Shown: positions 7,197 to 19,021 of the stretch, in pieces
Layout: every line of letters starts with the position of its first letter
Position numbering within the stretch: position 1 is the first letter of the stretch
NCBI RefSeq assembly: GCF_036401095.1
Contig: NZ_DASWWA010000027.1
Span: 25,091-89,090, forward strand
Source: Methylotenera sp.
Lineage (GTDB): Bacteria; Pseudomonadota; Gammaproteobacteria; Burkholderiales; Methylophilaceae
Direction: 5' to 3'
DNA length: 64,000 nucleotides
Made by a program: the position numbers and the translations under genes
Notes under the pieces: model-generated
Told to the model about the DNA's origin: nothing
What the model saw: the letters and a program-made list of their open reading frames with translations, nothing else
Database searches by the model: none

Positions 7197-9047
7197 ATGC
7201 CAGTTTATCGTTCACATACCACTACTCACGGCCGCAACATGGCGGGTGCGCGCGCACTATGGCGTGCCACTGGCATGAAAGACGGTGACTTTGATAAACC
7301 AATTATCGCGGTGGCTAACTCGTTTACCCAGTTTGTACCGGGCCACGTACATTTAAAGGATATGGGGCAATTAGTTGCCCGTGAAATTGAAAAGGCAGGC
7401 GGCGTAGCCAAAGAATTTAATACTATTGCGGTAGATGATGGTATCGCCATGGGCCATGGCGGCATGCTGTATAGCTTGCCCAGCCGCGATTTAATTGCAG
7501 ACAGCGTTGAATACATGGTGAATGCACACTGTGCAGATGCGCTGGTATGTATTTCAAACTGTGACAAAATCACACCGGGCATGCTGATGGCAGCCTTACG
7601 TTTGAATATCCCAGTGGTATTTGTATCAGGCGGCCCAATGGAAGCCGGTAAAGTGAACTGGGGTGGCAACACACACAAACTAGACTTGGTTGATGCAATG
7701 GTTGCAGCAGCAGATAGCAATGTGAGTGATGCAGAAGCTGACGCGATTGAGCGTTCAGCTTGTCCTACCTGTGGTTCTTGCTCAGGTATGTTTACTGCTA
7801 ACTCAATGAACTGTTTAACTGAAGCTTTAGGTTTGAGCTTGCCAGGCAACGGCTCAACCTTAGCTACACATGCAGCACGTAAAGAGTTGTTCCTAAAAGC
7901 AGGACGTTTGATTGTAGATCTTGCAAAACGTCATTACGAGCAAGATGATTACACCGTATTGCCGCGTAGTATTGCCAATATGAAGGCGTTTGAAAATGCA
8001 ATGAGCTTAGACGTGGCAATGGGTGGCTCTACCAACACAGTATTGCACTTGCTAGCAGCTGCACATGAGGCTGGTTTAGATTTCACTATGAGTGATATTG
8101 ACCGCATCTCACGTAAAGTGCCATGCGTAAGTAAAGTAGCACCAGCAACGGCTAAGTACCATATGGAAGACGTGCACCGTGCAGGTGGCGTGATGGGTAT
8201 TTTAGGCGAGCTTGATCGTGCGGGTGTGATTCACCGTGACACGCCAATGGTACATAGCCCAAGCTTGGGTGATGCACTCAATGAGTGGGATATTAAAGTC
8301 ACAAAAAATGAGGATGTGAAGAAATTCTTCCGTGCAGCGCCTGGCGGCATTTCAACCACCATCGCGTTTTCTCAAAGTATGCTTTACCCAACACTGGATG
8401 ATGACAGAAGCGAAGGCTGTATCCGTGATAAAGCGCATGCCTACTCACAAGACGGCGGCTTGGCAGTGCTCTACGGCAACATCGCATTAGATGGCTGTAT
8501 TGTTAAAACTGCGGGTGTGGATGACAGCATTCTAAAATTTAATGGCCGTGCACGTATTTTTGAAAGCCAAGATGCTGCGGTAGAAGCGATTCTTGCTGAT
8601 GAAATCGTAGCAGGTGATGTAGTGGTGATTCGCTACGAAGGCCCTCGTGGTGGCCCAGGTATGCAGGAAATGCTGTACCCGACCTCTTACTTAAAATCTA
8701 AAGGCTTAGGTAAAGCGTGTGCGTTGCTAACTGATGGGCGTTTCTCAGGTGGTACCTCTGGTTTGAGTATCGGCCATGCTTCACCAGAAGCGGCTGAAGG
8801 CGGCGCAATTGGCCTAGTGCAGGAAAACGATACGATTGAAATTGATATTCCAAACCGTACTATTCACCTAGTGATTAGTGATGAAGAAATGGCGCACCGT
8901 CGCGCCAAAATGGAAGATAAAGGCAAAGACGCCTGGAAACCGGTTAACCGTGAAAGAGCAGTTTCACCGGCATTGCGCGCCTATGCGGCAATGAGTACCA
9001 GTGCTGCACGTGGTGCAGTACGTGACGTTTCTCAAATTGAGAAATAA
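7197..9047 (+). CDS. ilvD: Dihydroxy-acid dehydratase
   Basis: [48 protein letters not shown] and TDGRFSG motifs. Confidence 0.98.
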   Translation: MPVYRSHTTTHGRNMAGARALWRATGMKDGDFDKPIIAVANSFTQFVPGHVHLKDMGQLVAREIEKAGGVAKEFNTIAVDDGIAMGHGGMLYSLPSRDLIADSVEYMVNAHCADALVCISNCDKITPGMLMAALRLNIPVVFVSGGPMEAGKVNWGGNTHKLDLVDAMVAAADSNVSDAEADAIERSACPTCGSCSGMFTANSMNCLTEALGLSLPGNGSTLATHAARKELFLKAGRLIVDLAKRHYEQDDYTVLPRSIANMKAFENAMSLDVAMGGSTNTVLHLLAAAHEAGLDFTMSDIDRISRKVPCVSKVAPATAKYHMEDVHRAGGVMGILGELDRAGVIHRDTPMVHSPSLGDALNEWDIKVTKNEDVKKFFRAAPGGISTTIAFSQSMLYPTLDDDRSEGCIRDKAHAYSQDGGLAVLYGNIALDGCIVKTAGVDDSILKFNGRARIFESQDAAVEAILADEIVAGDVVVIRYEGPRGGPGMQEMLYPTSYLKSKGLGKACALLTDGRFSGGTSGLSIGHASPEAAEGGAIGLVQENDTIEIDIPNRTIHLVISDEEMAHRRAKMEDKGKDAWKPVNRERAVSPALRAYAAMSTSAARGAVRDVSQIEK

Positions 9048-9111
9048 TTTATTCAGATTAAAAGTCACTTTGATAAGTAAAACCTAAAGTGAGCAATTGA
9101 TAAGGTAATGT

Positions 9112-10050
9112 ATGACATTAGATTCACTAGAAGACCATATCTTTAGAAAAAGAGACGGGCAGGGTTGCTCAACACTGCACCCACATGTGACCGTGACTGA
9201 AGACGAAAATGGTTTGCAATATTTAGAGATAGATAACCCATTAGCGACCGCAAAAATTGCGTTGCAAGGTGGCCATGTGATGCAATGGCAGCCTAAAACA
9301 GAAAAACAGCCTGTGCTGTGGCTTTCTGATCATGCGCGCTATGTAAAAGGCCGCTCAATACGTGGTGGTGTGCCTATTTGCTGGCCTTGGTTTGGTGCGC
9401 ATCCAACCGATAGCACCCTGTGCCCACATGGCTTCGCCAGAGTGATTCCTTGGCAGTTGGTAGATGTAGATTCAACAGAAACAGGCGCAACGCGCATTGT
9501 GTTGCAAATGATAGAAACACCAGAAGCGAAAAGACAGCTTTCGTACTCATACGTGCTCACTATGATGGTGACTATCGGTAAGCGTTTGAAAATTGACTTG
9601 GCTACTACTAATAAATCCGACCATCCATTCTTAATTGGCGAAGCATTCCACACTTATCTTAATGTGAGTGATGTGGGTAATATTAGGGTAACCGGTCTGC
9701 AAGATTGCCTGTATGCCGATAAATTGCGCCAGTACAGACGTTACGTAGAGCATAACGTATTGAAGTTTGATGGTGAGTTTGATCGTGTTTACCTAGACCA
9801 CAATTCAGATTGCTTAATCCATGACCCTGTTTATAACCGTTTGGTTCGTGTCGGTAAATCAGGCAGTGATACTACTGTTGTATGGAGCCCGGGTGCAGAG
9901 AAAGCACACGCAATGGGTGATATGGGCGATGCCGATGAGTGGCGTAAAACCGTTTGTGTAGAAACCGCTAATGCATTAGAAAACTCTGTGGTGATTAGCC
10001 CGAACAGAACGCATACCATGTCGGTTGAATATAGCGTGGAAGCGCTTTAA
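9112..10050 (+). CDS. D-hexose-6-phosphate mutarotase (aldose 1-epimerase family)
   Basis: IRGGVPICWPWFG, HGFAR, FHTY and VCVE motifs. Confidence 0.9.
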   Translation: MTLDSLEDHIFRKRDGQGCSTLHPHVTVTEDENGLQYLEIDNPLATAKIALQGGHVMQWQPKTEKQPVLWLSDHARYVKGRSIRGGVPICWPWFGAHPTDSTLCPHGFARVIPWQLVDVDSTETGATRIVLQMIETPEAKRQLSYSYVLTMMVTIGKRLKIDLATTNKSDHPFLIGEAFHTYLNVSDVGNIRVTGLQDCLYADKLRQYRRYVEHNVLKFDGEFDRVYLDHNSDCLIHDPVYNRLVRVGKSGSDTTVVWSPGAEKAHAMGDMGDADEWRKTVCVETANALENSVVISPNRTHTMSVEYSVEAL

Positions 10051-10277
10051 TTAGCTTTTATTTTTTATTTTAGGTTGCTGTCAACCCGTGACATTGTCGG
10101 TACGTTGAGTGTACCCTAGGTACTGCAAATTTATTTTAATTGCTTAAGATTCTATATATTTTAATTGGTTGAGATAGATTTGATTTAACTCACTTGTCAT
10201 AAGTTAAATTATGAGTATGATATGCGGGTTGTAAAATTTATAACTACTATTATTAAGCGTTAATTCAAGGAGATAGC

Positions 10278-10607
10278 ATGAAAGCTTTATTATTAACAAT
10301 CGCTACTGCTGGTTCTATGTTGCTTACTGCGCAAGCAGGTGCTGCGGTAGATGCAAAAGCTGCTGAAGCTCTAGCACAAAAAAGTGGCTGTTTAGCATGT
10401 CACTCAGTAGATAAAAAAGTATTAGGCCCAGCTTACAAAGATGTTGCGGCTAAATACAAGGGTGACAAAACTGCAGAAGCAAAGCTAGTTGAAAAAGTTA
10501 AAAAAGGCGGTAGCGGTGTTTGGGGCCCAATGCCAATGCCACCAATGGGTGCACAAGTTAAAGAAGCTGACATCAAAACAGTAGTTGAATGGGTGTTGTC
10601 ACTGTAA
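10278..10607 (+). CDS. Class I cytochrome c (c551/c552-like)
   Basis: Signal peptide, CLACH haem motif, GPAYKDVA, and a PMPMPP Met ligand. Confidence 0.93.
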   Translation: MKALLLTIATAGSMLLTAQAGAAVDAKAAEALAQKSGCLACHSVDKKVLGPAYKDVAAKYKGDKTAEAKLVEKVKKGGSGVWGPMPMPPMGAQVKEADIKTVVEWVLSL

Positions 10608-10651
10608 TCGCTTGCTCGAGCTTTTGAATACAATTTAATCGCTTGTCACAT

Positions 10652-10683
10652 AAAAAAAGCCAGCTCAAAAAGCTGGCTTTTTT
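10652..10683. terminator. Bidirectional rho-independent terminator
   Basis: AAAAAAAGCCAGCT-CAAAA-AGCTGGCTTTTTT between convergent genes. Confidence 0.9.
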
Positions 10684-10701
10684 ATTAGGTGTTAGTAGCA
10701 G

Positions 10702-12117
10702 CTATGCTTTATGTTTATGCAGTAAATTCAATTTACTGTGGTGCATAGAGTAAGCAAAGTAAAACACGATACCCACTAATATCCAGGTGCCGAATCTAAT
10801 CCAGGTACTTGCGGGCAGAAATGACATTAATGCGCCGCATGAAATAACCCCCAACACCGGAATCAGCGGATTCCATGGGTTTTTGAATGGGCGATGCAGG
10901 TTAGGTTGACGAATACGCAGAACGATTACGCCAATACATACCATCACAAAACTTGCCAGCGTGCCAATATTCACAGTTTCTGCTAACTCGCCTAAAGGAA
11001 TAAAGCCAGCCACTAATGACACAACAAAACCGCACATGAGAATAATGCGGGTAGGGGTTTTACGGTCTGGGTTAACTTTTGAGAAAATAGGTGAGATCAG
11101 GCCGTCGCGGCTCATTGCAAACAAGATGCGTGTTAGACCGTAGAGCAGAACCAATAACACCGTAATAAGGCCAGCAAGCACACCGGTTGCTACTAGGGTA
11201 GATGACCAGGTATGGCCAATTCTGGTGAGCGCATAGGCGACTGGCGATGATACGTTGAGCTCAGTGTAAGATACGATACCGGTAAGCATGCCAGACACGA
11301 CAATATAAACCAGCGTGCAGAACACCAGTGAGCTAAGCAAGCCTATTGGTAAGTCACGTTGAGGGTTTTTAGCCTCTTCAGCTGCGGTAGAAACCGCATC
11401 AAAGCCAAAATAGGCAAAGAACACTAAGGATGCGCCAGCGAGCACACCAATGTTTTTGCCGTTCTCTAATGTGCTAAACCAGCCAAATGGCATAAATGGC
11501 TGCCAGTTATCTGTGTTGATATGCGCGGAGGCTAAGGCAATAAAGATGGCGATGGTCGAGAGCTTAATAATGACGATAATATTATTAAAGCGCGCACTTT
11601 CTTTAACGCCAATAATTAATAAAATCGTGAGTACCCAAATAATAGAGAACGCTGGTAAATTAATGATGCCGCCCATCACCGGGGCTTTGGTCATGGCCTC
11701 AGGTAGGTGTATATTGAAATTAGTGAGGGTGTTGATAAAGTAGCCAGCCCAGCCATTAGCCACGGCAGCAGCGCCTACGCCGTATTCTAGCAGTAGAATC
11801 CAGCCCATAATCCATGCGATAAACTCGCCAAATGCCACATAGCTGTAGCCATAAGCGCTGCCTGATCCGCCAACTGAGGCAGCAAGCTCGGCGTATGCTA
11901 GCGCGGCAAAACCTGATGCAACGCCAGCAATAATAAACGAGAGTACTACCGCCGGGCCCGACTGCGTGGCCGCTGCAATGCCAGTTAATACAAAGATACC
12001 GGTGCCGATGGCGCAGCCTATGCCTAGTAGCGCTAAATCAAACGCTGATAAGCATTTTTTAAGCTCGCTATCAGCGTGAGCGCTGATTATTTTAGTTCTA
12101 AGTAGCTGCTTGAGCAT
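10702..12117 (-). CDS. APC-family amino acid permease
   Basis: GIGCAIGTGIFVLTG and FFAYFGFDAVSTAAEE.KNPQRDLP motifs, about 12 TM helices. Confidence 0.92.
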   Translation of the reverse strand: MLKQLLRTKIISAHADSELKKCLSAFDLALLGIGCAIGTGIFVLTGIAAATQSGPAVVLSFIIAGVASGFAALAYAELAASVGGSGSAYGYSYVAFGEFIAWIMGWILLLEYGVGAAAVANGWAGYFINTLTNFNIHLPEAMTKAPVMGGIINLPAFSIIWVLTILLIIGVKESARFNNIIVIIKLSTIAIFIALASAHINTDNWQPFMPFGWFSTLENGKNIGVLAGASLVFFAYFGFDAVSTAAEEAKNPQRDLPIGLLSSLVFCTLVYIVVSGMLTGIVSYTELNVSSPVAYALTRIGHTWSSTLVATGVLAGLITVLLVLLYGLTRILFAMSRDGLISPIFSKVNPDRKTPTRIILMCGFVVSLVAGFIPLGELAETVNIGTLASFVMVCIGVIVLRIRQPNLHRPFKNPWNPLIPVLGVISCGALMSFLPASTWIRFGTWILVGIVFYFAYSMHHSKLNLLHKHKA

Positions 12118-12233
12118 AACGGTTATCCCTTTGGTGTATTACGTTATGCATGGCCGATGACGATAAATCGGTCATGCATTGTTAACGGATGCTAAACATT
12201 AAACAATTGCTGGTCAATCACCCTCGCGATTAA

Positions 12234-13574
12234 CTAGCTATTAAACAACGCGCTCAGCGCTTGTATCATGTAATAGTGGTCGAGTACGCCTGCGCTTTCT
12301 CTAATGCTGTGCATCGCCCACATCGGTGAGCCTACATCCACGCTGGCAACCCCTAAACCTGAAGCAAGAATCGGCCCTATTGTGCTGCCACAGCCTAAAT
12401 CTGTGCGATGTGAGTATTGTTGTACAGGCACTTTGGCGCGTTCGCACAGCGCAATGAAGCGTGCAGCGGTGTCGGCATTGCTTGCATAGCGCTGGTTGGC
12501 ATTGGTTTTAATCACTGGGCCTTTGTTGACCATAACGTGGTGACAAGGCTCGTATGCACCAGCATGGTTCGGATGGTATGCATGCGCCATGTCTGCGCTG
12601 ACAAAAAAGCTTTGCGCCAAAGCACGTAGGCGCTCTTCTTCACTCATACCAACATTACTTGTGATGCGGTTGATTACATCAGACAAAAAGCTACCGCTGG
12701 CGCCTGTGGCGCTCTCGCTGCCGACTTCTTCATGGTCGAACAATGCGCAGATATTGCTGCCATCTTGATTGCTGCTATTGAGCATGGCGGAGATTGCTGC
12801 GTGGCAGGAGGCTAAGTTGTCTAATTGGCTATTCGCGATGAATTCTTGGTTGGCACCCCAGAATTTACCTTTTTGTGTATCAAACACGTTAAATTCAAAG
12901 GTCAGGATGTCGTTCGCTGCAACATTAAGCGCTGCGGCAATGTAAGCCAGAAATTGCTGTTCAGCCGCAATGCCTTCTGCGCTTTCTCCAAACAGTAAGG
13001 GTAATTCCGTTTGCTTGTTGAGCTTGAGGCCTTTTTCATTCACTTCGCGGTTCATGTGAATCGCCAAGTTGGGCAGGCGCATCAGTGCGTCGTCAAACTT
13101 GAGCAGTTTAATGTCGTGACCTGTTGCCGTGCGTACCGTAACGCGCCCGGCAATGCTTAAGTCACGGTCAGTAAAGGTTGCCAGAATCGGCCCGCCATAT
13201 ACCTCTACGCCTATGCGCAGTAGGCCGTCTGTTTCATAAGCAGCTTTAGGTTTTAGCCTTAGGCTAGGGGAGTCTGTATGCGCGCCCACCATGCGGAAGC
13301 CGGTATTGGCGAGTGGCTTGCTGCCGAGGGTGAAGGCAATAATGGAGGAGCCACCGCGTACGACAAAATAACGCTTACCGGTGCTCAATTGCCAGGCTTG
13401 CGTTTCGTCTAGCTTGCTAAACCCTGCATTGAGTAGCTGCTGTTCAATCTGCTCAACCGCGTGCCAGGGGCTAGGGCTTAGGTCAATAAAGTTAAGTAAA
13501 TCTTTTGCTAGCGTGCGTGCTTGGTCAGAAATGCTTATTGGGGTAGAAATATTGACTGGGGTTGAGGTATTCAT
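12234..13574 (-). CDS. M18-family aminopeptidase
   Basis: SPSPWHAV, GAHTDSP, LDN, FDHEEVGS, SADMAHA and MHS.RE metal ligands. Confidence 0.93.
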   Translation of the reverse strand: MNTSTPVNISTPISISDQARTLAKDLLNFIDLSPSPWHAVEQIEQQLLNAGFSKLDETQAWQLSTGKRYFVVRGGSSIIAFTLGSKPLANTGFRMVGAHTDSPSLRLKPKAAYETDGLLRIGVEVYGGPILATFTDRDLSIAGRVTVRTATGHDIKLLKFDDALMRLPNLAIHMNREVNEKGLKLNKQTELPLLFGESAEGIAAEQQFLAYIAAALNVAANDILTFEFNVFDTQKGKFWGANQEFIANSQLDNLASCHAAISAMLNSSNQDGSNICALFDHEEVGSESATGASGSFLSDVINRITSNVGMSEEERLRALAQSFFVSADMAHAYHPNHAGAYEPCHHVMVNKGPVIKTNANQRYASNADTAARFIALCERAKVPVQQYSHRTDLGCGSTIGPILASGLGVASVDVGSPMWAMHSIRESAGVLDHYYMIQALSALFNS

Positions 13575-13580
13575 AAGTGC

Positions 13581-14495
13581 CTACTGGTTAAGGGAGAGCC
13601 AGTCTTTCGCAATAAGAAAGTCAGTATAGAGTTTTGCTTCTGGGCTGCCTGCTTCTGGCTTCCAGTCGTAACGCCATTTCACAATCGGCGGCATGGAAAG
13701 CAAAATAGATTCAGTGCGGCCGTTGGATTGCAGGCCGAAAATCGTGCCACGGTCGTAAATTAGGTTAAATTCTACATAGCGGCCACGGCGATAAGCCTGG
13801 AAGTCACGTTCACGTTCGCCGTATGGTGTGTCTTTGCGGCGTTGTACGATAGGTAAATAGGCCTGCAAGAATGCATCACCTACTGCGCGATGAAAGTCGA
13901 AGCTACGTTCAAAACCGAGTTCGCTGAAATCATCATAAAAAATGCCGCCTATGCCGCGAGGCTCCTGGCGGTGTTTTAAGAAGAAGTAGTCATCACACTC
14001 TTTTTTGAATTTAGGGTAAAAGCTGGTATCAAACGCATCTAATACTGTTTTGTTAGTGCGGTGGAAATGTTCAGCATCTTCACTAAAGCCATAGTAAGGG
14101 GTTAAATCCATGCCGCCTCCAAACCACCAGATATCCTGCTCGCTGGCATTTTGTGCTTTGGCTACAAAAAAGCGTACGTTCATATGTACGGTAGGTACAT
14201 ACGGGTTACGTGGGTGAAACACCAAAGATACACCCATTGCTTCCCAAGGGCGGCCTGCTGCCTCTGGATGCGCCACACTGGCAGCTGGTGGCAACTTAGT
14301 ACCTAATACGTGAGAAAAACCTACACCAGCACGCTCAAATACGTTGCCTTCTTCAAGCAGGCAAGATGTGCCGCCGCCACCTTCAGGACGTTGCCAGCTA
14401 TCTTGTAGAAAATTTTTACCATCCACTAATTCAATGGCCTCTACAATTTTGGCTTGCAGGTTTTGTAAGTAGCTGAAAACGTCTTGAGTGTTCAT
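13581..14495 (-). CDS. hemF: Oxygen-dependent coproporphyrinogen III oxidase
   Basis: [26 protein letters not shown] and [20 protein letters not shown] motifs. Confidence 0.97.
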   Translation of the reverse strand: MNTQDVFSYLQNLQAKIVEAIELVDGKNFLQDSWQRPEGGGGTSCLLEEGNVFERAGVGFSHVLGTKLPPAASVAHPEAAGRPWEAMGVSLVFHPRNPYVPTVHMNVRFFVAKAQNASEQDIWWFGGGMDLTPYYGFSEDAEHFHRTNKTVLDAFDTSFYPKFKKECDDYFFLKHRQEPRGIGGIFYDDFSELGFERSFDFHRAVGDAFLQAYLPIVQRRKDTPYGERERDFQAYRRGRYVEFNLIYDRGTIFGLQSNGRTESILLSMPPIVKWRYDWKPEAGSPEAKLYTDFLIAKDWLSLNQ

Positions 14496-14513
14496 GTCGT
14501 AAGCTCGTATTTC

Positions 14514-15782
14514 TTAACTTTTAATGGCACGGTAGCCGATATCACTACGGAATTGTGCACCATCAAACTTAATTTCTTTCATGGCTTGGTAAGCTTGCTG
14601 CTGTGCAAACTTAACGGTTTCGCCTAGTGCTGTAACGCATAGTACGCGACCGCCGCTGGTGACTACTTTGCCATCTTTTTGTGCAGTGCCTGCGTGGAAA
14701 ATATGCGTATCTGCTACTTGGTTGGTGAGGCCGGAAATTTCATCGCCTAGTCTTGGTGTTTCCGGATAGTTGGCTGAAGCCATGACTACACCTAGCGCCA
14801 CACGTCTGTCCCACTCAGCTTCGGCACGGTCTAAGGTGCCATTCACGGCGTGTTCCATCAAGCCTACTAAATCACTCTTCAAGCGCATCATGATAGGCTG
14901 GGTTTCTGGGTCGCCCATGCGGCAGTTAAACTCTAAAGTTTTAACATCGCCATTTGGACTGATCATTAAACCTGCGTATAAAAAGCCTGTATATGGGATG
15001 CCATCTTTGGACATGCCTTCTACCGTAGGCTTGATAATCTCGCGCATCACTTTGGCGTGGATAGCCGGTGTTACCACCGGAGCCGGTGAGTAAGCGCCCA
15101 TGCCGCCAGTGTTAGGGCCTTGGTCTGCGTCTAGCAGGCGTTTGTGGTCTTGGCTGGTAGCAAGCGCTAAAATATTTTTGCCATCTACCATCACCATGAA
15201 GCTGGCTTCTTCGCCTTCTAGGAACTCTTCAATCACCACGCGTGCACCAGCAGCGCCTAGTTTGTTGTCTTCCAGCATGGCGTCAATTGCAGCATGGGCT
15301 TCATCTTCGGTCATGGCAACTACCACGCCTTTGCCTGCAGCTAAGCCATCAGCCTTAATCACGATAGGTGCGCCTTGTTGCTTCACGTAGTCATGGGCAA
15401 GTTTAGCGTCGGTAAATGTGCCGTAAGCGGCGGTAGGGATGCTGTGACGCATCATAAACGCTTTAGCGTAGTCTTTAGAAGATTCTAGCTGTGCTGCGGC
15501 TTTTGTTGGGCCAAAAATCTTTAAGCCTGCGGCGCGGAATGCATCAACGACGCCTTGAGAGAGGGGGGCTTCTGGGCCCACAATGGTGAGGTATATTTGT
15601 TCGTCTTGTGCGAACTTAACTAAATCATCAACTGCGGTAATAGGTACATTAACCATGTCCGGGTTTAATGCGGTGCCTGCATTGCCTGGCGCTACATAAA
15701 CACGGCTAACCTCTTTGTTGTGAGTAACTTTCCAGGCGAGGGCATGTTCACGACCACCACCACCGATGACTAAAATTTTCAT
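14514..15782 (-). CDS. purD: Phosphoribosylamine-glycine ligase
   Basis: MKILVIGGGGREHALAW, KADGLAAGKGV, GPNTGGMGAYSP and EFNCRMGDPETQ motifs. Confidence 0.97.
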   Translation of the reverse strand: MKILVIGGGGREHALAWKVTHNKEVSRVYVAPGNAGTALNPDMVNVPITAVDDLVKFAQDEQIYLTIVGPEAPLSQGVVDAFRAAGLKIFGPTKAAAQLESSKDYAKAFMMRHSIPTAAYGTFTDAKLAHDYVKQQGAPIVIKADGLAAGKGVVVAMTEDEAHAAIDAMLEDNKLGAAGARVVIEEFLEGEEASFMVMVDGKNILALATSQDHKRLLDADQGPNTGGMGAYSPAPVVTPAIHAKVMREIIKPTVEGMSKDGIPYTGFLYAGLMISPNGDVKTLEFNCRMGDPETQPIMMRLKSDLVGLMEHAVNGTLDRAEAEWDRRVALGVVMASANYPETPRLGDEISGLTNQVADTHIFHAGTAQKDGKVVTSGGRVLCVTALGETVKFAQQQAYQAMKEIKFDGAQFRSDIGYRAIKS

Positions 15783-15873
15783 GTATTTGAAACCCTTAAA
15801 AATCTTTCGCCACAACCAGTTGTGACACAGGCTGTGGCAAAAAGAAGAACAAACGTATTATTTTAATAATTGT

Positions 15874-17460
15874 TTAATGCCTAAAGTGGCGAATACCAGT
15901 CACGACCATCACCAAACCATGCTCATCAGCTGCAGCAATCACTTCTTCATCGCGCATACTGCCACCTGGATGAATCACGCAAGCTGCACCAGCTTCTGCC
16001 AGTACATCAATACCATCGCGGAATGGGAAGAATGCATCAGAGGCAACCACTGAGTTTTTTAATGTGAGGCCAGCATTTTGCGCTTTAATCGCTGCAATTT
16101 TAGTGCTGTCCACACGACTCATCTGGCCTGCGCCTACACCTAGTGTCATGCTGTTGCCGCAGAATACAATCGCGTTGGATTTAACGTATTTTGCAACGCG
16201 CCACGCAAACAGCATGTCTTGCAATTGCTCTGGGGTTGGTTGTTTTTTGCTGACAATTTTTAAATCGTTAACGCTGATTTCATGGTTGTCTGCAGTTTGA
16301 ATAAGCAGGCCAGAACCAATGCGTTTGGTGTCATGTGAGTTGCGGCCTTGTGCCCACGCTGTATCGCCACCTTCTGGTAATGCGATTTTAAGTACGCGTA
16401 CATTGGCTTTAGCACTAAAAATAGCCAATGCTTCAGCGGTGTAGTCAGGGGCGATTAACACTTCTACAAACTGCTTGCTCACTGCTTCTGCCGCGGCTTT
16501 ATCCAGCGTTGTGTTGAACGCGATAATGCCGCCAAATGCTGAGGTCGGGTCAGTTTGGAATGCTTTGCTATAAGCTTCTAACGCATCTTTACCTAGTGCT
16601 ACGCCGCATGGATTGGCGTGTTTAACGATCACACAGGCTGTTGAATCAAAACTCTTCACGGCTTCCCATGCTGCATCGGCATCGGCAATGTTGTTGTAGC
16701 TTAACTCTTTACCTTGTAGCTGTACTGCTGTCACCAAAGAGCCTGGTGCTGGGTTGGTGTCACGGTAGAACGCTGCGCTTTGATGCGGGTTCTCGCCGTA
16801 GCGTAAGTCTTGCAGTTTTACAAAGCGGCTATTGACCTGCGCTGGGTAAGGGTTGCGTGAACCGTCAGCGTTGAAGCTAGAGAGGTAGTCGCTGATGGCG
16901 CCGTCGTAGTTGCTGATGCGGTTAAATGCGGCAACAGATAAAGCAAACTTTGTGGCTTGGCTGGTTGCGCCGCCTGTGCTTTTTAGCTCACGTAGTACAT
17001 CTGCATATTGGCTGGCGTCTGTTACTACGGCAACGTCTTTCCAGTTTTTTGCAGCTGAACGTACCATTGCTGGGCCGCCGATGTCGATGTTTTCAATCGC
17101 ATCTTCCAGGGTGCAGTTTAGGTTAGCTACTGTGGCTTCAAACGGATAAAGATTCACCACTACCATATCAATGTTAGGGATGTCTTGCGCTTGCATGGCT
17201 GAGACGTGTTCTGGCAAGTCACGGCGACCTAAAATGCCGCCATGTACTTTTGGGTGCAGCGTTTTAACGCGGCCGTCTAACATTTCTGGGAAGCCTGTGT
17301 AATCACTTACTTCAACGACAGGAATGTCGTTGTCACGGAATAGCTTAGCGGTGCCGCCAGTCGATAAAATTTCAATGCCTAAAGCTTGCAAGCCTTTTGC
17401 AAAATCAATAATGCCAGTTTTATCAGAAACGCTAATTAGCGCACGTTTAGTAGTTGCCAT
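15874..17460 (-). CDS. purH: Bifunctional AICAR transformylase / IMP cyclohydrolase
   Basis: [28 protein letters not shown] and [10 protein letters not shown] motifs. Confidence 0.97.
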   Translation of the reverse strand: MATTKRALISVSDKTGIIDFAKGLQALGIEILSTGGTAKLFRDNDIPVVEVSDYTGFPEMLDGRVKTLHPKVHGGILGRRDLPEHVSAMQAQDIPNIDMVVVNLYPFEATVANLNCTLEDAIENIDIGGPAMVRSAAKNWKDVAVVTDASQYADVLRELKSTGGATSQATKFALSVAAFNRISNYDGAISDYLSSFNADGSRNPYPAQVNSRFVKLQDLRYGENPHQSAAFYRDTNPAPGSLVTAVQLQGKELSYNNIADADAAWEAVKSFDSTACVIVKHANPCGVALGKDALEAYSKAFQTDPTSAFGGIIAFNTTLDKAAAEAVSKQFVEVLIAPDYTAEALAIFSAKANVRVLKIALPEGGDTAWAQGRNSHDTKRIGSGLLIQTADNHEISVNDLKIVSKKQPTPEQLQDMLFAWRVAKYVKSNAIVFCGNSMTLGVGAGQMSRVDSTKIAAIKAQNAGLTLKNSVVASDAFFPFRDGIDVLAEAGAACVIHPGGSMRDEEVIAAADEHGLVMVVTGIRHFRH

Positions 17461-17627
17461 AAAATTATTCCATAATACAAATGATAAGCTGTATTCGCTA
17501 ATTGCCAATACACGTTAAATTTTTGCTGCCGGTTGTTTCCTGGTAACCAAGCGTGGCTGGTTAAATTACCGCCAAACTAAATTGCCAGAATGCAAGATTG
17601 GATAAAAAAGCGTGTTACGTGCTTGTT

Positions 17628-17864
17628 TTATTCGATCTTGTACTGCTGAAGTTTTTTACGCAGGGTGTTGCGATTGATGTCTAGTATCTCGGCTGCCTTG
17701 CTTTGGTTGCCGCCTACTTTATGCATGATGTAGCTAAGCAATGGCTTTTCTACGCAGCCCAATACCATATCGTAAACGGCATGGGGCGGCTCACCATCTA
17801 AATGGGTAAAATAATCATCTAAAGACTCTTGCACTGCTTGGCTGAGCTTACAATTCTCTGACAT
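17628..17864 (-). CDS. fis: Fis-family DNA-binding protein
   Basis: GNQSKAAEILDINRNTLRKKL helix-turn-helix, in the dusB-fis-purH-purD order. Confidence 0.9.
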   Translation of the reverse strand: MSENCKLSQAVQESLDDYFTHLDGEPPHAVYDMVLGCVEKPLLSYIMHKVGGNQSKAAEILDINRNTLRKKLQQYKIE

Positions 17865-17872
17865 ACAAGTTC

Positions 17873-18916
17873 CTAGGCTGCTAATGCTGAAGACGCATCT
17901 GGATTAGTATCATCAGCGTCATTATCAATGTAAACCAAGCGTTCATTTTTTGTTTTCAGTTCAACAAAAAAGTCATTAATTGCTTGTAGTTGTAATTCTA
18001 TGGTCTGCAGGGTGTTCATGCTGTGGCGGAACTGTGCAGAGCCGGCTAAACCTTTGGTGTACCATGAGATGTGCTTACGTGCCATACGCATACCAGTCAG
18101 GTCGCCATAAAACTCATATAAATCATGCAGATGCTCTAGCATCACGGCATGGATTTCGTCTACGGTAGGCGGTAGCATATACGTGCCGGTCGTGAGGTAA
18201 TGCTCAATTTCGCGGAATATCCACGGGCGGCCTTGTGCGGCACGGCCTATCATTACTGCATCGGCACCGGTGTAATCGAGTACAAACTTTGCTTTTTCAG
18301 GCGTGGTGATGTCGCCGTTAGCAATCAGCGGAATCTTGATCGCTTGTTTTACTGCGGCGATGGTGTCGTACTCAGCGTCACCCATATAAGCACATGCGCG
18401 GGTGCGGCCATGCATAGCCAGTGCTTGTACGCCTAAATCTTCCGCCATTTTGGCAATTTGAATTGCATTGCGGTTTTGCTTGTCCCAACCCGTACGTATT
18501 TTTAAGGTGACCGGTACATCGACTGCGGCAACTACTGCGCGCAGAATTTGTGCGACTAATGGCTCATCTTTCAGCAATGCAGAGCCAGCCATCACGTTGC
18601 AGATCTTTTTAGCCGGGCAACCCATGTTGATATCGATGATTTGTGCGCCATTATCCACATTGTGTTTAGCGGCCTCGGCCATCATTTGCGGGTCTGCGCC
18701 AGCAATTTGCACAGAAATCGGGTTAACTTCACCTTCGTGGTTGGCACGACGTTTTGTTTTTTCACTGCCGTACAGTAGCGAGTTAGAGGTCACCATCTCA
18801 GATACAGCCAAGCCCGCACCCATCTTCTTACAAAGTTGGCGGAAAGGCCTGTCAGTCACGCCCGCCATGGGTGCGACAACTAGGTTGTTTTTTAAGATGT
18901 GATTGCCGATTTGCAC
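17873..18916 (-). CDS. dusB: tRNA dihydrouridine synthase B
   Basis: APMAGVTDRPFR, DINMGCPAKK, HGRTR and MIGRAAQGRPWIF motifs. Confidence 0.95.
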   Translation of the reverse strand: MQIGNHILKNNLVVAPMAGVTDRPFRQLCKKMGAGLAVSEMVTSNSLLYGSEKTKRRANHEGEVNPISVQIAGADPQMMAEAAKHNVDNGAQIIDINMGCPAKKICNVMAGSALLKDEPLVAQILRAVVAAVDVPVTLKIRTGWDKQNRNAIQIAKMAEDLGVQALAMHGRTRACAYMGDAEYDTIAAVKQAIKIPLIANGDITTPEKAKFVLDYTGADAVMIGRAAQGRPWIFREIEHYLTTGTYMLPPTVDEIHAVMLEHLHDLYEFYGDLTGMRMARKHISWYTKGLAGSAQFRHSMNTLQTIELQLQAINDFFVELKTKNERLVYIDNDADDTNPDASSALAA

Positions 18917-19021
18917 TAGTGTATTTCTCGAACGCGAAAGTTGCTTATTTTATACGCAATCTGGGTTTGAGAAAACAATTTTCAGCATACAATTGGCAAT
19001 AGTTTGTTATTGAGTCGGATT

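Noticed and set aside
10180-10193. FNR box upstream of the cytochrome c gene
   Set aside because: TTGAT-TTAA-CTCAC matches only 3 of 5 in the second half-site, which is too weak in an AT-rich region.
17461-17627. ZTP (pfl) riboswitch upstream of purH
   Set aside because: The diagnostic GACTGGCG and CGCCTGGG pseudoknot segments are absent. Only short generic hairpins are present.
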